NCBI GenBank assembly: GCA_002189035.1
Contig: NEEC01000012.1
Location: 3,341,669 to 3,405,668 of the forward strand
Reading direction: 5' to 3'
Source: Utricularia gibba
Lineage: Eukaryota > Plantae > Magnoliophyta
DNA length: 64,000 bases
Position numbers and translations under genes: made by a program. Shown here piece after piece: positions 24,801 to 39,800 of the stretch. A model generated the notes under the pieces. The model made no database searches. It saw nothing but the letters and a program-made list of their open reading frames with translations, and was not told the origin of the DNA. Position 1 is the stretch's first letter. Each line of letters opens with the position of its first letter.

Positions 24801-27800
24801 CAGTATTTCGGCGGCATATCCTGATGAAACCGTGATGCAGCTCGACGCCTGCATCAGAGCCGGCCATACCGATTTTGGCGAACCTCCTTTGGGTTTTCGC
24901 GATCTGCCGGTCAGCTCTCCGCTGGTTGAAAGCATCGGCATTCGTCCGAGGATCACGCATCAGAGCTCGAATTATCGCCTTATATTAGCCTTCAGATGTG
25001 CCACAAATTGGCCACCACGTTCGCGACGATGCGACTCGGAACACGAGAATCGACGCGATTGTGATTTTCGCCTTGCAAAACATCTGCGTTTGTATCTGGT
25101 GGTGACCCGTGGCAAGTATGGCGTATTTTCGAGGCCGGTCAGCTTCCGTGTTGAAAGCTCTTCGTCCGAGGATGCATCAGAGCTCGAATTATCGCCTTAT
25201 ATTAGCCTTCAGATGTGCCACAAATTGGCCACCACGTTCGCGACGATGCGACTCGGAACACGAGAATCGACGCGATTGTGATTTTCGCTTGCAAAACATC
25301 TGCGTTTTATTGGTGACGTGAAGTATGGGTTTTCGAGGCGATCTCTGAACAAGCTCTATTGTCCTCGCAGCGGTATATCCTGAAAACACGCTGCGCCCGG
25401 CATACCGTTTCGAACCCCTTTCCGTGCCGGTCAGCTTCCGTGTTGAAAGCATCTTCGTCCGAGGATGCATCAGAGCTCGAATTATCGCCTTATATTAGCC
25501 TTCAGATGTGCCACAAATTGGCCACCACGTTCGCGACGATGCGACTCGGAACACGAGAATCGACGCGATTGTGATTTTCGCCTTGCAAAACATCTGCGTT
25601 TTTGATCTTCGGAGGATGCACGTCGAAGTTATATTAGCCTTCAGATGTGCCACAAATTGGCCACCACGTTCGCGACGATGCGATCTCGACGCGATTGTGA
25701 ACATCTGCGTTTTATTGCGTCTAGCTCTGGTGTGTCCTACCCGCAGCTCATGGTGGCCTCGCACACCGTTCGGCATTCGTCACGATACCGTTTCTGAATC
25801 TTCGTCCGAGGATGCATGAGCTCACTTATATTAGCCTTCAGATGTGCCACAAATTGGCCACCACGTTCGCGACGATGCGACTCGGAACACGAGAATCGAC
25901 GCGATTGTGATTTTCGCCTTGCAAAAATCTGCGTTTTATTGGGTGACGTGAAGTATGGGTTTTCGAGGCGATCTCTGAACAAGCTCTGGGTGTGTCCCTA
26001 CCCGCAGCCTCATGGTGGCCTCGCACACCGTTCGGTATTTCGGCGATATCTTGAAATTGAGTCACGCTGCGCCGGCATACCGTTTCGAACCCTTTCCGTG
26101 CCGGTCAGCTTCCGTGTTGAAAGCATCTTCGTCCGAGGATGCATCAGAGCTCGAATTATCGCCTTATATTAGCCTTCAGATGTGCCACAAATTGGCCACC
26201 ACGTTCGCGACGATGCGACTCGGAACACGAGAATCGACGCGATTGTGATTTTCGGCAAAATGTTTTATTGACGTGAAGTATGGGTTTTCGAGGCGATCTC
26301 TGAACAAGCTCTGGGTGTGTCCTACCCGCAGCCTCATGGTGGCCTCGCACACCGTTCGGTATTTCGGCGATATCCTGAAAACCGTGATGAGTCACGCTGC
26401 GCCGGCATACCGTTTCGAACCCCTTTCCGTGCCGGTCAGCTTCCGTGTTGAAAGCATCTTCGTCCGAGGATGCATCAGAGCTCGAATTATCGCCTATGGG
26501 TGCCACAAATTGGCCACCACGTTCGCGACGATGCGACTCGGAACACGAGAATCGACGCGATTGTGATTTTCGCTTGCAAAACATCTGCGTTTTATTGGGT
26601 GACGTGAAGTATGGTTTTCGAGCGACGATCTCTACCCGCAGCCTCATGGTGGCCTCGCACACCGTTCGGTACGAGCGATATCGATAAAACAGCCTGCATG
26701 CACGCCTGCGCCGGCCGTTTTCGTTCGTTGAAGTTTCCGAGGCGATCTCTGAACAAGCTCTGGTGTGTCCTACCCAGCCTCATGGTGGCCTCGCACACCG
26801 TTCGGCATTCGTCGATATCTCACGCTGCGCCGGCATACCGTTTCGAACCCTTTCCGTGCCGGTCAGCTTCCGTGTTGAAAGCATCTTCGTCCGAGGATGC
26901 ATCAGAGCTCGAATTATCGCCTTATATTAGCCTTCAGATGTGCCACAAATTGGCCACCACGTTCGCGACGATGCGACTCGGAACACGAGAATCGACGCGA
27001 TTGTGATTTTCGCCTTGCAAAACATCTGCGTTTTATTGGGTGACGTGAAGTATGGGTTTTCGAGGCGATCTCTGAACAAGCTCTGGGTGTGTCCCTACCC
27101 GCAGCCTCATGGTGGCCTCGCACACCGTTCGGCATCTCGGCGATATCCTGAAAGGATGAGTCACGCTGCGCCGGCATACCGTTTCGAACCCCTTTCCGTG
27201 CCGGTCAGCTTCCGTGTTGAAAGCATCTTCGTCCGAGGATGCATCAGAGCTCGAATTATCGCCTTATATTAGCCTTCAGATGTGCCACAAATTGGCCACC
27301 ACGTTCGCGACGATGCGACTCGGAACACGAGAATCGACGCGATTGTGATTTTCGCCTTGCAAAACATCTGCGTTTTATTGGGTGACGTGAAGTATGGGTT
27401 TTCGAGGCGATCTCTGAACAAGCTCTGGGTGTGTTCCTACCCGCAGCCTCATGGTGGCCTCGCACACCGTTCGGCATCTCGTCGATATCTGAAATCGATG
27501 AGTCACGCTGCGCCGGCATACCGTTTCGAACCCTTTCCGTGCCGGTCAGCTTCCGTGTTGAAAGCTTCTTCGTCCGAGGATGCATCAGAGCTCGAATTAT
27601 CGCCTTATATTAGCCTTCAGATGTGCCACAAATTGGCCACCACGTTCGCGACGATGCGACTCGGAACACGAGAATCGACGCGATTGTGATTTTCGCTTGC
27701 AAAACATCTGTTTTATTGGATGACGTGAAGTATGGGTTTCGGCGATCTCTGAACAAGCTCTGGGTGTGTCCCTACCCGCAGCCTCATGGTGGCCTCGCAC

Positions 27801-30800
27801 ACGTTCGGTATTCGGCGATTCAAAGATGAGTCACGCTGCGCCCGGCATACCGTTTCGAACCCCTTTCCGTGCCGGTCAGCTTCCGTGTTGAAAGCTCTTC
27901 GTCGAGGATGCATCAGAGCTCGAATTATCGCCTTATATTAGCCTTCAGATGTGCCACAAATTGGCCACCACGTTCGCGACGATGCGACTCGGAACACGAG
28001 AATCGACGCGATTGTGATTTTCGTTGCAAAAATCTGCGTTTTATTGGTGACGTGAAGTATGGGTTTTCGAGCGATCTCTGAACAAGCTCTGGGGTGTCCC
28101 TACCCAGCCTCATGGTGGCCTCGCACACCGTTCGGTATTTCGCATATCTGAAGATGAGTCACGCTGCGCCCGGCATACCGTTTCGAACCCTTTCCGTGCC
28201 GGTCAGCTTCCGTGTTGAAAGCATCTTCGTCCGAGGATGCATCAGAGCTCGAATTATCGCCTTATATTAGCCTTCAGATGTGCCACAAATTGGCCACCAC
28301 GTTCGCGACGATGCGACTCGGAACACGAGAATCGACGCGATTGTGATTTTCGCTTGCAAAACATCTGCGTTTATTGGGTGACGTGAAGTATGGGTTTTCG
28401 AGGCGATCTTGAACAAGCTCTGGTGTGTCCCTACCCGCAGCCTCATGGTGGCCTCGCACACCGTTCGGTATTTCGCGATATCTGAAGATCATGATAAACC
28501 GTGATGCTCACGCTGCGCCGGCGACCACGTTTCGACTTCTTGCCGGCCGGTCAGCTTCCGTGTTGAAAGCATCTCGTCCGAGGATGCATCAGAGCTCGAA
28601 TTATCGCCTTATTTATTAGCCTTCAGATGTGCCACAAATTGGCCACCACGTTCGCGACGATGCGACTCGGAACACGAGAATCGACGCGATTGTGATTTTC
28701 GCTTGCAAAACATCTGCGTTTTATTGGATGACGTGAAGTATGGGTTTTCGAGCGATCTCTGAACAAGCTCTGGGTGTGTCCCTACCGCAGCCTCATGGTG
28801 GCCTCGCACACCGTTCGGTATTTCGGCGAGTATGGGCTTTTCGAGGCGATCTCTGAATGCAAGCTCGAATTATCGCCTTATATTAGCCTTCAGATGTGCC
28901 ACAAATTGGCCACCACGTTCGCGACGATGCGACGGAACACGAGAATCGACGCGATTGTGATTTTCGCTTGCAAAACATCTGCGTCGCACACCGTTGGATA
29001 TTCGTGCGATATTTCGAGAAAACTGTGATGCAAGCTCACGCTGCGTGTGCCGGCCTACCGTTTCGAACCCGTGGCCTCGCACACCGCTTCCGGTATGAAA
29101 GATATCCGTGAAAATGCATCAGAGCTCGAATTATCGCCTTATATTAGCCTTCAGATGTGCCACAAATTGGCCACCACGTTCGCGACGATGCGACTCGGAA
29201 CACGAGAATCGACGCGATTGTGATTTTCGCCTTGCTTTCCGTCTGCCGGTCAGCTTGGGGCCGACGTGAAAAGCATTTTCGAGAGGTCTGATCAGCTCGG
29301 CTCGATCCTTACCCGCGCCGCCTCATATTAGCCTTCAGCATGTGCCCGAAATTGGCCACCACGTCGTCGCGATCGATGCGATTCGGTCAACACGAGAATC
29401 GCATACCGCGATTGTGCCTTTTCGCTTGCAAAAGCCGTGCGTTCTTATTGGATGACGTGAAGTGATGCATTTTCGAGCTCGAATGAACAAGCTCTTATAT
29501 TAGCCTTCAGATGTGCCACAAATTGGCCACCACGTTCGCGACGATGCGACTCGGCCTCATGGTGGCCGACGATCGATTGTGACCGTTTTCGCTATTCGGC
29601 GATATCTGAAAATGATGAGTCACGCTGCGCCGGCATACCGTTTCGAACCCCTTTCCGTGCTGGTCGTGAGCTTCCGGTTGAACAAATTGGCCACCACGTT
29701 CGCGACGATGCGTCGGAACACGAGAATCGACGCGATTGATTTTCGAAAAATCTGCGTTTTATCGTGAAGTATGGGTTTTCGAGGCGATCTCTGAACAAGC
29801 TCTGGGTGTGTCCCTACCCGCAGCCTCATGGTGGCCTCGCACACCGTTCGGTATATCTAGTCAGATGTGCCTTGAAGACCACGTTCGCGATGATGCGATA
29901 CCGTTTCGGAACACGAGAAGACTTCGCGTGATTTTCGCTTCGTCCGAGGATGCATCAGGGTGACTCGAATTAACAAGCTCGGTGTGTCCTTATATTAGTC
30001 GATATCTTGAAATCAGATGAGTGCTGCATACCGTTTCGAAAGCTTGGCATCACATCACGTTCGCGAGATGTGCCACAAATTGGCCACCACGTTCGCGACG
30101 ATGAGTTTCGGAACACGAGAATCGACGCGATTGTGATTTTCGCTTGCAAAACATCTGCGTTTTATTGGATGACGTGAAGTATGGGTTTTCGAGGCGATCT
30201 CTGAACAAGCTCTGGTGTGTCCCTACCCGCAGCCTCATGGTGGCCTCGCACACCGTTCGGTATTTCGGCGATATCTGAAAACCGTCAATACCGATTTCCG
30301 AGTCCGTGTTGAAAGCATCTTCGTCCGAGGATGCATCAGAGCTCGAATTATCGCCTTATAGCCTTCATACCGTTCGCGACGATCGAACCCGACGCGATTG
30401 TCCGTGCCGGTATGGGTTTTCGAGGCGATCTCTGAACAAGCTCTAGTTGAAAGGTGGCATTCGGCATTCGTCCGAGGATGCACGCTCATACCGTTTCGAG
30501 CTCGTGCCGGTCAGCTTCCGTGTTGAAAGCTTAGGATGCGCTCGAATTATATATAGCCTTCAGATGTGCCACAAATTGGCCACCACGTTCGCGACGATGC
30601 GTGTGCCACAAATTTGGCCACCACGTTCGGAACACGAGAATCGACGCGATTGTGATTTTCGCTTGCAAAAGATCTGCGTTTTATTGGATGACGTGAAGTA
30701 TGGGTTTTCGAGCGATCTCTGAACAAGCTCTGGGTGTGTCCTACCCGCAGCCTCATGGTGGCTCGCACACCGTTCGGTATTCGGCGATATCCTGAAAACC

Positions 30801-33800
30801 GTGATGAGTCACGCTGCGCCGGCATACCGTTTCGACCCCTTTCCGTGCCGGTCAGCTTCCGTGTTGAAAGCATCTTCGTCCGAGGATGCATCAGAGCTCG
30901 AATTATCGCCTTATATTAGCCTTCAGATGTGCCACAAATTGGCCACCACGTTCGCGACGATGCGACTCGGAACACGAGAATCGACGCGATTGTGATTTTC
31001 GTTGCAAAACATCTGCGTTTTATTGGGTGACGTGAAGTATGGGTTTTCGAGCGATCTCTGAACAAGCTCTGGTGTGTCCCTACCCGCAGCCTCATGGTGG
31101 CCTCGCACACCGTTCGGCATTTTCGTCGATATCTTGAAGATGATGAGTCACGCTGCGCCCGGCATACCGTTTCGAACCCCTTCCGTCCGTGCTTCGAAAG
31201 CATCTTCGTCCGAGGATGCATCAGAGCTCGAATTATCGCCTTATATTAGCCTTCAGATGTGCCACAAATTGGCCACCACGTTCGCGACGATGCGACTCGG
31301 AACACGAGAATCGACGCGATTGTGATTTTCGCCTTGCAAAACATCTGCGTTTTATTGGGTGACGTGAAGTATGGGTTTTCGAGGCGATCTCTGAACAAGC
31401 TCTAGGGTGTGTCCTACCCGCAGCCTCATGGTGGCCTCGCACACCGTTCGGCATCTCGGATATCTTGAAAATCGTGATGAGTCACGCTGCGCCGGGCATA
31501 CCGTTTCGAACCCCTTTCCGTGCCGGTCAGCTTCCGTGTTGAAAGCATCTTCGTCCGAGGATGCATCAGAGCTCGAATTATCGCCTTATATTAGCCTTCA
31601 GATGTGCCACAAATTGGCCACCACGTTCGCGACGATGCGACTCGGAACACGAGAATCGACGCGATTGTGATTTTCGGCTTGCAAAACATCTGCGTTTTAT
31701 TGGGTGACGTGAAGTATGGGTTTTCGAGGCGATCTCTGAACAAGCTCTGGTGTGTCCTACCCGCAGCCTCATGGTGGCCTCGCACACCGTTCGGTATTCG
31801 TCGATATCTGAAAACCGTGATGAGTCACGCTGCGCCGGCATACCGTTTCGAACCCCTTTCCGTGCCGGTCAGCTTCCGTGTTGAAAGCATCTTCGTCCGA
31901 GGATGCATCAGAGCTCGAATTATCGCCTTATATTAGCCTTCAGATGTGCCACAAATTGGCCACCGTTCGCGACGATGCGACTCGGAACACGAGAATCGAC
32001 GCGATTGTGATTTTCGCCTTGCAAAACATCTGCGTTTTATTGGGTGATGTGAAGTATGGGTTTTCGAGGCGATCTCTGAACAAGCTCTGGTGTGTCCTAC
32101 CGCAGCCTCATGGTGGCCTCGCACACCGTTCGGCATTTTCGATATCTTGAAATGATGAGTCACGCTGCGCGCATACCGTTTCGAACCCTTCCGTGCCGGT
32201 CAGCTTCCGTGTTGAAAGCATCTTCGTCCGAGGATGCATCAGAGCTCGAATTATCGCCTTATATTAGCCTTCAGATGTGCCACAAATTGGCCACCACGTT
32301 CGCGACGATGCGGAACACGAGAATCGACGCGATTGTGATTTTCGGCTTGCAAAACATCTGCGTTTTATTGGATGACGTGAAGTATGGGTTTTCGAGCGAT
32401 CTCTGAACAAGCTGGTGTGTCCCTACCAGCCTCATGGTGGCCTCGCACACCGTTCGGCAATATCTTGAAATCAAGATGAGTCACGCTGCGCCGGCATACC
32501 GTTTCGAACCCTTTCCGTGCCGGTCAGCTTCCGTGTTGAAAGCATCTTCGTCCGAGGATGCATCAGAGCTCGAATTATCGCCTTATATTAGCCTTCAGAT
32601 GTGCCACAAATTGGCCACCACGTTCGCGACGATGCGGAACACGAGAATCGACGCGATTGTGATTTTCGGTTGCAAAAATCTGCGTTTTATTGGATGACGT
32701 GAAGTATGGGTTTTCGAGCGATCTCTGAACAAGCTCTGGGTGTGTCCCTACCCGCAGCCTCATGGTGGCCTCGCACACCGTTCGGTATTTCGTCGATATC
32801 TGAAATGATGAGTCACGCTGCGCCGGCATACCGTTTCGAACCCCTTTCCGTGCCGGTCAGCTTCCGTGTTGAAAGCATCTTCGTCCGAGGATGCATCAGA
32901 GCTCGAATTATCGCCTTATATTAGCCTTCAGATGTGCCACAAATTGGCCACCACGTTCGCGACGATGCGAACACGAGAATCGACGCGATTGTGATTTTCG
33001 CTTGCAAAACATCTGCGTTTTATTGGATGACGTGAAGTATGGGTTTTCGAGCGATCTCTGAACAAGCTCTGGGTGTGTCCCTACCGCAGCCTCATGGTGG
33101 CCTCGCACACCGTTCGGTATCGATATCTGAAATCGATGAGTCACGCTGCGCCGGCATACCGTTTCGAACCCTTTCCGTGCCGGTCAGCTTCCGTGTTGAA
33201 AGCATCTTCGTCCGAGGATGCATCAGAGCTCGAATTATCGCCTTATATTAGCCTTCAGATGTGCCACAAATTGGCCACCACGTTCGCGACGATGCGGAAC
33301 ACGAGAATCGACGCGATTGTGATTTTCGCTTGCAAAATCTGCGTTTTTGGATGACGTGAAGTATGGGTTTTCGAGCGATCTCTGAACAAGCTCTGGTGTG
33401 TCCTACCCGCAGCCTCATGGTGGCCTCGCACACCGTTCGCATATCCTGAAACCGTGATGAGTCACGCTGCGCCGGCATACCGTTTCGAACCCTTTCCGTG
33501 CCGGTCAGCTTCCGTGTTGAAAGCATCTTCGTCCGAGGATGCATCAGAGCTCGAATTATCGCCTTATATTAGCCTTCAGATGTGCCACAAATTGGCCACC
33601 ACGTTCGCGACGATGCGACTCGGAACACGAGAATCGACGCGATTGTGATTTTCGCTTGCAAAACATCTGCGTTTTATTGGATGACGTGAAGTATGGGTTT
33701 TCGAGCGATCTCTGAACAAGCTCTGGGTGTGTCCCTACCCGCAGCCTCATGGTGGCCTCGCACACCGTTCGGTATTCGATATCTTGAAGATACAAGAAAA

Positions 33801-36800
33801 GTCGTGACGCTCGCGCCTGCGCCGGCACCGTTTCGTTTCGAACTGCCCTTCCCGTGCCGGTCAGCATCCGTCCGAGGATGCATAAGAGCTCTTCGTCCGA
33901 GGATGCATCAGAGCTCGAATTATCGCCTTATATTAGCCTTCAGATGTGCCACAAATCCACGTTCGCGACGTTCGACGATCGGAACTCGGAACAATCGAAT
34001 CGACGCGATTGTGATTTTCGCCTTGCAAAACATCTGCGTTTTATTGGGTGACGTGAAGTATGGGTTTTCGAGGCGATCTCTGAACAAGCTCTAGGTGTGT
34101 CCTATACCCGCAGCCTCATGGTGGCCTCGCACACCGTTCGGTATCGTCGATCTTGCAAGATCAAGATGAGTCAACGCTGCGCCCGGCAGTACGCTGTTTC
34201 CGGCATACCGTTTCGAACCCTTTCCGTGCCGGTCAGCTTCCGTGTTGAAAGCATCTTCGTCCGAGGATGCATCAGAGCTCGAATTATCGCCTTATATTAG
34301 CCTTCAGATGTGCCACAAATTGGCCACCACGTTCGCGACGATGCGACTCGGAACACGAGAATCGACGCGATTGTGATTTTCGCCTTGCAAAACATCTGCG
34401 TTTTATTGGATGACGTGAAGTATGGGTTTTCGAGCGATCTCTGAACAAGCTCTCTCTGAACAAGCTCTGGGTGTGTCCTACCCGCAGCCTCATGGTGGCC
34501 TCGCACACCGTTCGGTATTTCGGATATCGATGATGAGTCACGCTGCGCCGGCATACCGTTTCGAACCCTTTCCGTGCCGGTCAGCTTCCGTGTTGAAAGC
34601 ATCTTCGTCCGAGGATGCATCAGAGCTCGAATTATCGCCTTATATTAGCCTTCAGATGTGCCACAAATTGGCCACCACGTTCGCGACGATGCGATCGGAA
34701 CACGAGAATCGACGCGATTGTGATTTTCGCTTGCAAAACATCTGCGTTTTATTGGATGACGTGAAGTATGGGTTTTCGAGGCGATCTGAACAAGCTCTGG
34801 TGTGTCCTACCCGCAGCCTCATGGTGGCCTCGCACACCGTTCATTTCGTCGATATCCACGCTGCGCCGGCATACCGTTTCGAACCCTTTCCGTGCCGGTC
34901 AGCTTCCGTGTTGAAAGCATTTCGTCCGAGATGCATCAGAGCTCGAATTATCGCCTTATATTAGCCTTCAGATGTGCCACAAATTGGCCACCACGTTCGC
35001 GACGATGCGACTCGGAACACGAGAATCGACGCGATTGTGATTTTCGCTTGCAAAATCTGCGTTTTATTGGTGACGTGAAGTATGGGTTTTCGAGCGATCT
35101 CTGAACAAGCTCTGGGTGTGTCCTACCCGCAGCCTCATGGTGGCCTCGCACACCGTTCGAATATCTGAAATGATGAGTCACGCTGCGCCGGCATACCGTT
35201 TCGAACCCCTTTCCGTGCCGGTCAGCTTCCGTGTTGAAAGCATCTTCGTCCGAGGATGCATCAGCTCGAATTATCGCCTTATATTAGCCTTCAGATGTGC
35301 CACAAATTGGCCACCACGTTCGCGACGATGCGACTCGGAACACGAGAATCGACGCGATTGTGATTTTCGCCTTGCAAAACATCTGCGTTTTATTGGGTGA
35401 CGTGAAGTATGGGTTTTCGAGCGATCTCTGAACAAGCTCTGGGTGTGTCCTACCGCAGCCTCATGGTGGCCTCGCACACCGTTCGGTATATATCTTGAAA
35501 ACTGATGAGTCACGCTGCGCCGGCATACCGTTTCGAACCCTTTCCGTGCCGGTCAGCTTCCGTGTTGAAAGCATCTTCGTCCGAGATGCATCAGAGCTCG
35601 AATTATCGCCTTATATTAGCCTTCAGATGTGCCAAAATTGGCCACCACGTTCGCGACGATGCGACTCGGAACACGAGAATCGACGCGATTGTGATTTTCG
35701 CTTGCAAAACATCTGCGTTTTACCGTCTTCGTAAGGGGTTTCCATCAGCGATCAGCCTTAAAGCATCTTCGTCCGAGGATGCATCAGAGCTCGAATTATC
35801 GGATGTGCCACAAATTGGCCACCACGTTCGCGACGATGCCTCGTGCACGCAAATCCGCGATATTTTCGGGCGATCCTGAAAACCGTGATGAGTCACGCTG
35901 CGCCGGCATACCGTTTCGAACCCCTTTCCGTGCCGGTCAGCTTCCGTGTTGAAAGCATCTTCGTCCGAGGATGCATCAGAGCTCGAATTATCGCCTTATA
36001 TTAGCCTTCAGATGTGCCACAAATTGGCCACCACGTTCGCGACGATGCGACTCGGAACACGAGAATCGACGCGATTGTGATTTTCAAAACATCTGCGTTT
36101 TATTGTGACGTGAAGTATGGGTTTTCGAGGCGATCTCTGAACAAGCTCTACCCGCAGCCTCATGGTGGCCTCGCACACCGTTCGGTATCTATATCCTGAT
36201 GAGTCACGCTGCGCCGGCATACCGTTTCGAACCCCTTTCCGTGCCGGTCAGCTTCCGTGTTGAAAGCTCTTCGTCCGAGGATGCATCAGAGCTCGAATTA
36301 TCGCCTTATATTAGCCTTCAGATGTGCCACAAATTGGCCACCACGTTCGCGACGACGGAACACGAGAATCGACGCGATTGTGATTTTCGCTTGCAAATCT
36401 GCGTTTTATTGGATGAGTGAAGTATGGGTTTTCGAGGCGATCTCTGAACAAGCTCTGGGTGTGTCCCTACCGCAGCCTCATGGTGGCCTCGCACACCGTT
36501 CGGTATTTCGATATCCTTGATGAGTCACGCTTACCGTTTCGAACCCTTTCCGTGCCGTCAGCTTCCGTGTTGAAAGCATCTTCGTCCGAGGATGCATCAG
36601 AGCTCGAATTATCGCCTTATAGCCTTCAGATGTGCCACAAATTGGCCACCACGTTCGCGACGATGCGACTCGAAATTGGCCGACGTCGACGACGATTGTG
36701 ATCGGAACACGAGAACGATACCGTTTCGAACCCTTTCCGTGCGGTCAGCTTCCGTGTTGAAAGCGTCCGAGGATGCATCAGAGCTCGAATTATCGCCTTA

Positions 36801-39800
36801 TATTAGCCTTCAGATGTGCCACAAATTGGCCACCACGTTCGCGACGATGCGACTCGGAACACGAGAATCGACGCGATTGTGATTTTCGCTTGCAAAACAT
36901 CTGCGTTTTATTGGATGACGTGAAGTATGGGTTTTCGAGGCGATCTCTGAACAAGCTCTGGTGTGTTCCTACCCGCAGCCTCATGGTGGCCTCGCACACC
37001 GTTCGGCATCATGCGATGAGTCACGCTGCCCGGCATACCGTTTCGAACCCCTTGTGCCGGTCAGCTTCCGTGTTGAAAGCATCTTCGTCGACATCTCGCG
37101 CCCGGCACAGACCGTTTGCGACTCGCCCGACGCGCGCTTGCAAAACATCTGCGTTTTATTGGATGACGTGAAGTATGGGTTTTCGAGCGATCTCTGAACA
37201 AGCTCTGGGTGTGTCCCTAAGCCTCATGGTGGCCTCGCACACCGTTCGGTATTTCGTATCTGAAATCGATGAGTCACGCTGCGCCGGCATACCGTTTCGA
37301 ACCCTTTCCGTGCCGGTCAGCTTCCGTGTTGAAAGCATCTTCGTCCGAGGATGCATCAGAGCTCGAATTATCGCCTTATATTAGCCTTCAGATGTGCCAC
37401 AAATTGGCCACCACGTTCGCGACGATGCGACTCGGAACACGAGAATCGACGCGATTGTGATTTTCGGCTTGCAAAAGATCTGCGTTTTATTGGATGACGT
37501 GAAGTATGGGTTTTCGAGCGATCTCTGAACAAGCTCTGGGTGTGTCCCTACCCGCAGCCTCATGGTGGCCTCGCACACCGTTCGGCATTTCGATATCTGA
37601 AGTGATGAGTCACGCTGCGCCGGCATACCGTTTCGAACCCCTTTCCGTGCCGGTCAGCTTCCGTGTTGAAAGCATCTTCGTCCGAGGATGCATCAGAGCT
37701 CGAATTATCGCCTTATATTAGCCTTCAGATGTGCCACAAATTGGCCACCACGTTCGCGACGATGCGACTCGGAACACGAGAATCGACGCGATTGTGATTT
37801 TCGCTTGCAAAAATCTGCGTTTTATTGGTGACGTGAAGTATGGGTTTTCGAGGCGATCTCTGAACAAGCTCTGGGTGTGTCCCTACCCGCAGCCTCATGG
37901 TGGCCTCGCACACCGTTCGGTATTTCGGCCATATCCTGAAAACCGTGATGAGTCACGCTGCGCCGGCATACCGTTTCGAACCCTTTCCGTGCCGGTCAGC
38001 TTCCGTGTTGAAAGCATTTCGTCCGAGGATGCATCAGAGCTCGAATTATCGCCTTATATTAGCCTTCAGATGTGCCACAAATTGGCCACCACGTTCGCGA
38101 CGATGCGACTCGGAACACGAGAATCGACGCGATTGTGATTTTCGCCTTGCAAAACATCTGCGTTTTATTGGGTGACGTGAAGTATGGGTTTTCGAGGCGA
38201 TCTCTGAACAAGCTCTGGTGTGTCCCTACCCGCAGCCTCATGGTGGCCTCGCACACCGTTCGGTATTTCGGCGATATCTGAAAACGTGATGAGTCACGCT
38301 GCGCCGGCATACCGTTTCGAACCCTTTCCGTGCCGGTCAGCTTCCGTGTTGAAAGCATCTTCGTCCGAGGATGCATCAGAGCTCGAATTATCGCCTTATA
38401 TTAGCCTTCAGATGTGCCACAAATTGGCCACCACGTTCGCGACGATGCGACGGAACACGAGAATCGACGCGATTGTGATTTTCGCTTGCAAATCTGCGTT
38501 TTATTGATGACGTGAAGTATGGGTTTTCGACGATCTCTGAACAAGCTCTGGTGTGTGTCCCTCGCACACCGTTCGCGGCCTCATGCGCCCGGCATACCGT
38601 TTCGAACCCCTTTCCGTGCCGGTCAGCTTCCGTGTTGAAAGCATCTTCGTCCGAGGATGCATCAGAGCTCGAATTATCGCCTTATATTAGCCTTCAGATG
38701 TGCCACAAATTGGCCACCACGTTCGCGACGATGCGGAACACGAGAATCGACGCGATTGTGATTTTCGTTGCAAAAATCTGCGTTTTATTGGATGACGTGA
38801 AGTATGGTTTTCTCTCTGAACAAGCTCTGGGTGTGTCCTACCCGCAGCCTCATGGTGGCCTCGCACACCGTTCGGTATTTCGATATCCTTGATGAGTCAC
38901 GCTGCGCCGGCATACCGTTTCGAACCCCTTTCCGTGCCGGTCAGCTTCCGTGTTGAAAGCATCTTCGTCCGAGGATGCATCAGAGCTCGAATTATCGCCT
39001 TATATTAGCCTTCAGATGTGCCACAAATTGGCCACCACGTTCGCGACGATGCGACTCGGAACACGAGAATCGACGCGATTGTGATTTTCGGCTTGCTCTG
39101 GTTTTATTGGTGACGTGAAGTATGGGTTTTCGAGCGATCTCTGAACAAGCTCTGGGTGTGTCCCTACCCGCAGCCTCATGGTGGCCTCGCACACCGTTCG
39201 GTATTCGTATCCTGAAAGTGATGAGTCACGCTGCAGTCGAGTGCTCGAATCTATCAAGCTCTTTATATTAGCCTTCAGATGTGCCACAAATTGCCACGTT
39301 CGCGACGATGCGACTCGGAACACGAGAATCGACGCGATTGTGATTTTCGCCTTGCAAAACATCTGCGTTTTATTGGCGTGAAGTATGGGTTTTCTCTCTG
39401 AACAAGCTCTGGTGTGTCCTACCCGCAGCCTCATGGGGCCTCGCACACCGTTCGGCATCTCGTCGATATCTTGAAGATGAGTCACGCTGCGCCGGCATAC
39501 CGTTTCGAACCCCTTTCCGTGCCGGTCAGCTTCCGTGTTGAAAGCATCTTCGTCCGAGGATGCATCAGAGCTCGAATTATCGCCTTATATTAGCCTTCAG
39601 ATGTGCCACAAATTGGCCACCACGTTCGCGACGATGCGTTTCGGAACACGAGAATCGACGCGATTGTGATTTTCGGCTTGCAAAATCTGCGTTTTATTGG
39701 ATGACGTGAAGTATGGGTTTTCGAGCGATCTCTGAACAAGCTCTGGGTGTGTCCCTACCCGCAGCCTCATGGTGGCCTCGCACACCGTTCGGCGATATCG